From contig JAVZZH010000001.1 of the NCBI GenBank assembly GCA_038885755.1, forward strand, positions 256,001 to 320,000: 64,000 nt of DNA. The letters are read 5' to 3'. This document shows, piece after piece, positions 59,678 to 64,000 of this stretch; the stretch's first letter is position 1, and each line of letters opens with the position of its first letter. Both the position numbers and the translations under genes were made by a program. This DNA comes from Candidatus Caldarchaeum sp. GTDB lineage: Archaea; Thermoproteota; Nitrososphaeria_A; Caldarchaeales; Caldarchaeaceae. A model generated the notes under the pieces. It did not search any database and was not told where the DNA came from. It was given only the letters and a program-made list of their open reading frames with translations.

Positions 59678-60550
59678 ATGGACTCTAGTTTCCTTTTATT
59701 CGTTATAGATGGAGTGGTTTTTGGCTTGATTCTTTCGCTGATAGCCGCAGGCTTGACTTTGATATACGGCCTAGCCGGCGTGCTTAACCTTGCACACGGC
59801 GAGCTGCTGGTTGTATGCACAGTAACCTCGGCTGTCTTGATGCAGACATTTGGTTTTCCGCTATCGCTGGCTTTAGTAGCTGGCCTAGCCGTCACAGCAG
59901 GTGCAGCCGCCTTCCTCGACAAGATCGTTCTACAGCCCGTTTACAGGCTTGAAGGTGAGGAAAGAGTTCTTCTAGGCCTCTACTTGACGCTCGCTTTCTC
60001 AATCTTCCTCCACAGCTCTATCATAACAACTTTCCCCCTCGCGTTCCTCACGATCAACCTGCCGATAGCAACAATCAACTTCATGGAGTTGAAGCTTCGG
60101 CTGGCTCAGTTGGTGACCGGCGTGTCTTCAGCGGCCATCCTAGTGGGAGTTTACTTTTTCCTCAGGAGAACTTGGAGCGGTATGGCGATACGTTCCCTCA
60201 CTCAAAATGAAACAGGTGCGTTGATGGTCGGAGTAAGCGTCAAGAAATATCGTTTGCTGGTTTTCATGCTGGGAGCTTTTCTCGTCGGCCTTGCTGGGAT
60301 AATACGTAGCATCATAGCAACGGTTGCGCCGGAAAGCGGAATAGAGTTCACAATCCTAGGACTGCTTGTCTGCGTGGTGGGCGGGATTCGCAGCGTCTAC
60401 GGAGTGATTATCGCCGGCCTAGTCATAGGAATAGCCTATACTTTCCTCGTCTTCTTCATAGGTACTTACCTTGCCTACGTAGCTCTTTTGATCCTCATCA
60501 TAGCCATCATAATTGTTCGTCCCTACGGTATCGTGGGTGAGAAATGGTGA
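59678..60550 (+). CDS. Liv-type ABC transporter permease (LivH-like)
   Basis: GLTLIYG...NLAHGE, G.AIR and RPYG motifs. Confidence 0.92.
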   Translation: MDSSFLLFVIDGVVFGLILSLIAAGLTLIYGLAGVLNLAHGELLVVCTVTSAVLMQTFGFPLSLALVAGLAVTAGAAAFLDKIVLQPVYRLEGEERVLLGLYLTLAFSIFLHSSIITTFPLAFLTINLPIATINFMELKLRLAQLVTGVSSAAILVGVYFFLRRTWSGMAIRSLTQNETGALMVGVSVKKYRLLVFMLGAFLVGLAGIIRSIIATVAPESGIEFTILGLLVCVVGGIRSVYGVIIAGLVIGIAYTFLVFFIGTYLAYVALLILIIAIIIVRPYGIVGEKW

Positions 60551-61503
60551 GAGAGAGGGTAAAACTTAACGCTGTCATAGCACTGATACTTATTTACACA
60601 GCGTTGCCGCTACTGTTCATCAACACGCCCTACATCGTCTTCATATTAGTTCAGATGGTTTTCTTCACGGTTTTCGCCTACGGGTTTAACTTTCTGTTCG
60701 GGTTTACACGGCAGCTCTTCCTATGTATAGGGGCCTTCATCGGGGTTGGTGCATACATTACGGGGATATCTCTCCGAGACGGTTTGATGGGGCCTGTTGA
60801 GGCCATTCTAGTTTCCACACTGGTGGTCGCCTTCGTCGGATGGGCTGTCAGCATAATATCTATCCGTCGCAGGCTTGTCGTTATCTTCACAGGAATCTTC
60901 ACCCTAGCTATCACGCTTGTCTTCAACAACCTTGTAATAGGCCTCGCTAGCCTAACAGGCGGCGAGACGGGTTTCAGAATACGTGGAATAAGCCTAGGGC
61001 CTCTTGACTTGCTACCATACAACCTACGTTTCTACTATCTTGCCGCGGCCACGCTGCTGGCGGTGACTGTAGCATCCTACTACCTGCTTTTCCACACAAA
61101 AACAGGATACGCGTACCGCTGTATCATAGATGATGAAAACAGCGCCGAACTTGTCGGAATAAACGTCTCGAGGGTTAAAAGTCTAACAGCCCTGTTTTCA
61201 TCAGCGCTTCTGGGGCTGGCGGGAGCTCTTTACGGGCTGTTCTCGCAGCTCATCGCGCCCTCGTATTTCGCTTTTTCATCGGTCGACATTCCTGTCCAGC
61301 TTATCGTCATCCTAGGCGGAAGAACCACCCTGCTAGGTCCGTACATAGGCTCGGCCATCATCTCTATCGTAAACGAGGCCTTGAAATTTCTCGGGCCTTT
61401 GACGCAGGTCCTCTACGGTTTGACGCTGATGTTCCTTCTCGCGTTCTTCCGGAACGGGATAGTCGACTTCGTAAAGAGAAGATGGGTTAAATGGTTCTTT
61501 TAA
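60544..61503 (+). CDS. Liv-type ABC transporter permease (LivM-like)
   Basis: GAY, TGGETG, DDE..A...G and ILGG....GP motifs. Confidence 0.9.
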   Translation: MVRERVKLNAVIALILIYTALPLLFINTPYIVFILVQMVFFTVFAYGFNFLFGFTRQLFLCIGAFIGVGAYITGISLRDGLMGPVEAILVSTLVVAFVGWAVSIISIRRRLVVIFTGIFTLAITLVFNNLVIGLASLTGGETGFRIRGISLGPLDLLPYNLRFYYLAAATLLAVTVASYYLLFHTKTGYAYRCIIDDENSAELVGINVSRVKSLTALFSSALLGLAGALYGLFSQLIAPSYFAFSSVDIPVQLIVILGGRTTLLGPYIGSAIISIVNEALKFLGPLTQVLYGLTLMFLLAFFRNGIVDFVKRRWVKWFF

Positions 61504-62105
61504 CGCAGCCCGTCCTCTCCCCGGACCTCCTCTTTCCTCAAGCCGCCGATTCTAGGCAACGGTCTTCCAGAGTCCGACAACGCGGCTATGACCACTATCT
61601 CATCAGGTAGCGGGGCGTCCGGAACTCTTACCTCCATGCTGTCGTAATGTGAGCGGACAAAGGCGGCTCTTTTGTAGTGTAGCGGTACGTCGATAGCCGT
61701 CCCGGGATAGCCTATTTTAACCGATGAGGGGATTATTGCCTTGCACACGTCCGCACCGCCGCATTCCTCTCGGAAACCCTTTCCAAACTTGGGATGGAGA
61801 ATCGCGTGTCCGTGCTCAAGCTCGCCCATCATGCCGATGATCGCTGCCTTGCCATAGTTCTCGGTCGAGTCAGGAGTTATGGCTAACGCTTCACGGGCTT
61901 TCTTCGCAAGGTAGCCTCCCAGAAATTCTCCAGCCTCAATTAACATAGATAGATCTTCGACATATCTGCCGGCAAAAGGGTTCTTTATGACGGCTGCCGC
62001 GGCACTTCTTCTGACTGGTTTGCCTAGCTCGTTTCCCATCTCCACAAATGTTTCGTCGGTCGCTACGACAACTTTCCGTAGAATAACTCCGCCAGCTATT
62101 TTCAT
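61500..62105 (-). CDS. AA_synth (DUF1185)-family protein
   Basis: AAAVIKNPFAGRYVEDL, YGKAAI.G..GELEH, IDVPL, RSHYD, DAP.PDE and GRP.PR motifs. Confidence 0.88.
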   Translation of the reverse strand: MKIAGGVILRKVVVATDETFVEMGNELGKPVRRSAAAAVIKNPFAGRYVEDLSMLIEAGEFLGGYLAKKAREALAITPDSTENYGKAAIIGMMGELEHGHAILHPKFGKGFREECGGADVCKAIIPSSVKIGYPGTAIDVPLHYKRAAFVRSHYDSMEVRVPDAPLPDEIVVIAALSDSGRPLPRIGGLRKEEVRGEDGLR

Positions 62106-62106
62106 T

Positions 62107-63549
62107 TCACCACCACCTCGTAGTTATTATCTTATGATCTGTGAAAAACCTTATCGTGTCGACCCTGCTGTGAGCGTTTCCAAAGAAAGACTGCTTCCTC
62201 CCGCCCAGCGGGAAGTATGCCATTGGTTGGGGAACACCTATGTTCACGCCTACATTGCCGACGTTGACGTTTAAACAGAATTCTCTTGCAGCCCGCGGGT
62301 CTGATGTGAAGATTGAGGCAGCGTTGCCGAAAGGCGTGTTGTTGTTTATGAGGTCGATGGCTTCGCCGAGGCTGTCTACTCTGAGAATGGTCGCAACGGG
62401 GCCAAAGATTTCTTCTTTCGCTAGGGGCGAGTCGGGTGGAAGGTCTTTGAAGATTGTTGGGCCGACGAAGTATCCTTGAAGACCTTTGAGCTGGCTATGG
62501 AGCCGGCCGTCCAGCATAGGTTTCGCATACTGTTCACCTATTTCTATGTATCTCCTGACCCTCTCCACTCCCTGGCGTGAAGCCATCGGACCCATCTCCG
62601 TCTCCTTGTCCATGCCGTATCCCAGCCTCAGGTTTGACTTGGATAAAACCATGTCCACAACCCTCTCAGCTCCTTTCAAAACAACTAGGTTGGAACCGGC
62701 TAGACATCTCTGGCCCGTCATTCCAAAGAACGAGGAAACAGCCGCATCAGCGGTTTTAGACAATTCGGCGTCAGGCGCCACCACAATATGGTTTTTCGCT
62801 CCGGCGTTAATTGATGCTCTCTTACCCTCCTTAGCCACCATCTCGTAGAGCAGTTTACCAGTCTTGGTCGAGCCTATGAAGCCCACCCCCTGGATTCCGT
62901 TATGCTTGACCAGTTTCTCGGCCACGCGTCCGTCTCCATGGACTATGGACATGACTCCAGGCGGAACGCCTGCTTCTCTGACTATGCGGGCAACCTCGTC
63001 ATAAACAAGGGGTGTGACCTCGCTTGGCTTAAGAACGACAGTGCATCCAAGAGCGATAGCGTAGGGAACGTAAGAGGACCATGCGTGGAGCGGGATGTTG
63101 AAGGGAGTTATTACAGCAAAACATCCCAACGGCTCCCGGATCAGTTCCTGGTCTATGTCTGGTGAGATGTTGACCATTTTCTCGCCTTTTGCAAGCGTAT
63201 AAGCAAGCGCGGCAGCCGATTCTACGTTTTCAATGCTTCTCTTAACCTCTCCCACTCCCTCGGCGTAGGTCCTTCCATGGTTCTCGACCAAAACGCGTGC
63301 AAGCAGGTCTGTGTCGCGTTCCAGCAGGCTTCTCAATCGCATGAGATAACCTACCCTTTCCGACGGAGTCGTCTTCCTGTATTTTTCAAATGCTCTGAGA
63401 CCAGACTCGACAGCTCTGTCAACGTCTTCTGAAGTACTCGCCGGCACGTATGCGATTACTGAGTCGAAGGCAGGATTATACACTGGAATCGTCTCGACAG
63501 ACTTTGATGGGACGAATTCGTTGTCGACGAAGTTCTGCAGAATCTTCAT
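62107..63549 (-). CDS. CoA-acylating (methyl)malonate-semialdehyde dehydrogenase-like aldehyde dehydrogenase
   Basis: ITPFN.P, KPSE, GAKNH (no catalytic-Glu ELGG), GQRCLA, EEIFGPV and GVNIGVPQP...SFFG, as in the MmsA/IolA subfamily. Confidence 0.85.
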   Translation of the reverse strand: MKILQNFVDNEFVPSKSVETIPVYNPAFDSVIAYVPASTSEDVDRAVESGLRAFEKYRKTTPSERVGYLMRLRSLLERDTDLLARVLVENHGRTYAEGVGEVKRSIENVESAAALAYTLAKGEKMVNISPDIDQELIREPLGCFAVITPFNIPLHAWSSYVPYAIALGCTVVLKPSEVTPLVYDEVARIVREAGVPPGVMSIVHGDGRVAEKLVKHNGIQGVGFIGSTKTGKLLYEMVAKEGKRASINAGAKNHIVVAPDAELSKTADAAVSSFFGMTGQRCLAGSNLVVLKGAERVVDMVLSKSNLRLGYGMDKETEMGPMASRQGVERVRRYIEIGEQYAKPMLDGRLHSQLKGLQGYFVGPTIFKDLPPDSPLAKEEIFGPVATILRVDSLGEAIDLINNNTPFGNAASIFTSDPRAAREFCLNVNVGNVGVNIGVPQPMAYFPLGGRKQSFFGNAHSRVDTIRFFTDHKIITTRWW

Positions 63550-63722
63550 GCCTTTATGCTCAGATGGGAGTTTTTAAATCTGATGCTTCTAGGACGTCTT
63601 TGCAATGAAAGGGGCCTTAGCCGTTGAAAGAAGCACTAGCCTAGTGTAGCCATTAATTTGTGGGATGAGTTTCAAGGGAATCCATCTCTTAAATCAGCGG
63701 AGACACACGCTAGAGTAAAATG

Positions 63723-63807
63723 TGCGGGGGGTGGGATTTGAACCCACGAACCCCTTCGGGACAGGGTCCTAAGCCCTGCGCCGTTGACCAGGCTTGGCAA
63801 CCCCCGC
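63723..63807 (-). tRNA. tRNA-Leu (TAG)
   Basis: Acceptor GCGGGGG/CCCCCGC, anticodon arm CAGGG-CT-TAG-GA-CCCTG, long variable arm and T-loop GGTTCAAATCC. Confidence 0.97.
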
Positions 63808-63880
63808 TCAGACGCATCTTCGTCTTCGCGCTATTTTGGGTTTTTTACTCATTTTTTTATTGAAGGCTGGTTGTGATGGG

Positions 63881-64000
63881 TTGTTGAGGAGGAGGGCTCT
63901 GCCTTCGCAGGAAGTTGAGAAGGTTGTCGAAGGGCTTAGTGGCTTTCTGGACCCGGTGCAGCTGAAGAAGCTTGTCAAGCGGGGGGTTGAGAGGGTTGAA
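63881..64000 (+). CDS. Partial CDS running off the window (possibly a PUA-domain RNA-binding protein)
   Basis: Open frame from TTG, MLRRRALPSQEVEKVVEGL..., downstream of TTTTTAT. The product is a guess from the N-terminus only. Confidence 0.45.
   Translation, partial: MLRRRALPSQEVEKVVEGLSGFLDPVQLKKLVKRGVERVE

Larger units (their letters stand above)
52014..63722. other. Putative horizontally acquired catabolic island at the 3' end of tRNA-Leu
   Basis: Visibly more A+T-rich (one 60-nt spot count 47% G+C against 58% and 67% in two core-gene lines). Self-contained catabolic genes bounded by long intergenic gaps and a tRNA 3' end. No integrase or att repeat seen. Confidence 0.55.

Noticed and set aside
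1-64000. CRISPR array, transposase, integrase, provirus or defence system
   Set aside because: No regularly spaced direct repeats or recognisable mobility or defence genes were seen by eye.

Overview
Gene-dense archaeal chromosome segment, probably from a thermophilic TACK archaeon. An Aigarchaeota/Caldarchaeales-like origin is inferred from the ESCRT-III/CdvB paralogue, PolB2, archaeal ribosomal and RNAP genes and oxygen-related genes. Positions 1-52013 are mostly housekeeping. They include a 2-oxoacid:ferredoxin oxidoreductase with an ADP-forming acyl-CoA ligase, RLI, Cdc48, ESCRT-III, Rio1/Dim2, class II RNR, SufB, HisRS, PolB2, the rpoD-L18e-L13-S9-rpoN-eno-S2 cluster and the L3-L4-L23-L2/S19 cluster. 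There are four tRNAs: Pro-GGG, intron-containing Tyr-GTA, Arg-CCG and Leu-TAG. An A+T-richer block at about 52014-63722 ends at the 3' end of tRNA-Leu. It encodes a Mo-hydroxylase, enamidase, an LLM oxidoreductase, a Liv-type ABC importer, an AA_synth protein and a CoA-acylating semialdehyde dehydrogenase, and is a candidate archaeal nicotinate/N-heterocycle degradation island with an apparent substitute reductase. Signals missed by the ORF track are a clear dual-guide C/D box sRNA (30813-30884), a probable structured RNA between rpl2 and rps19, a probable CTG start for uS9, and a 56-aa Zn-ribbon ORF. The PrsW homologue in a membrane operon also appears catalytically dead. All assignments come from reading the sequence and recalling family motifs; no searches were run.
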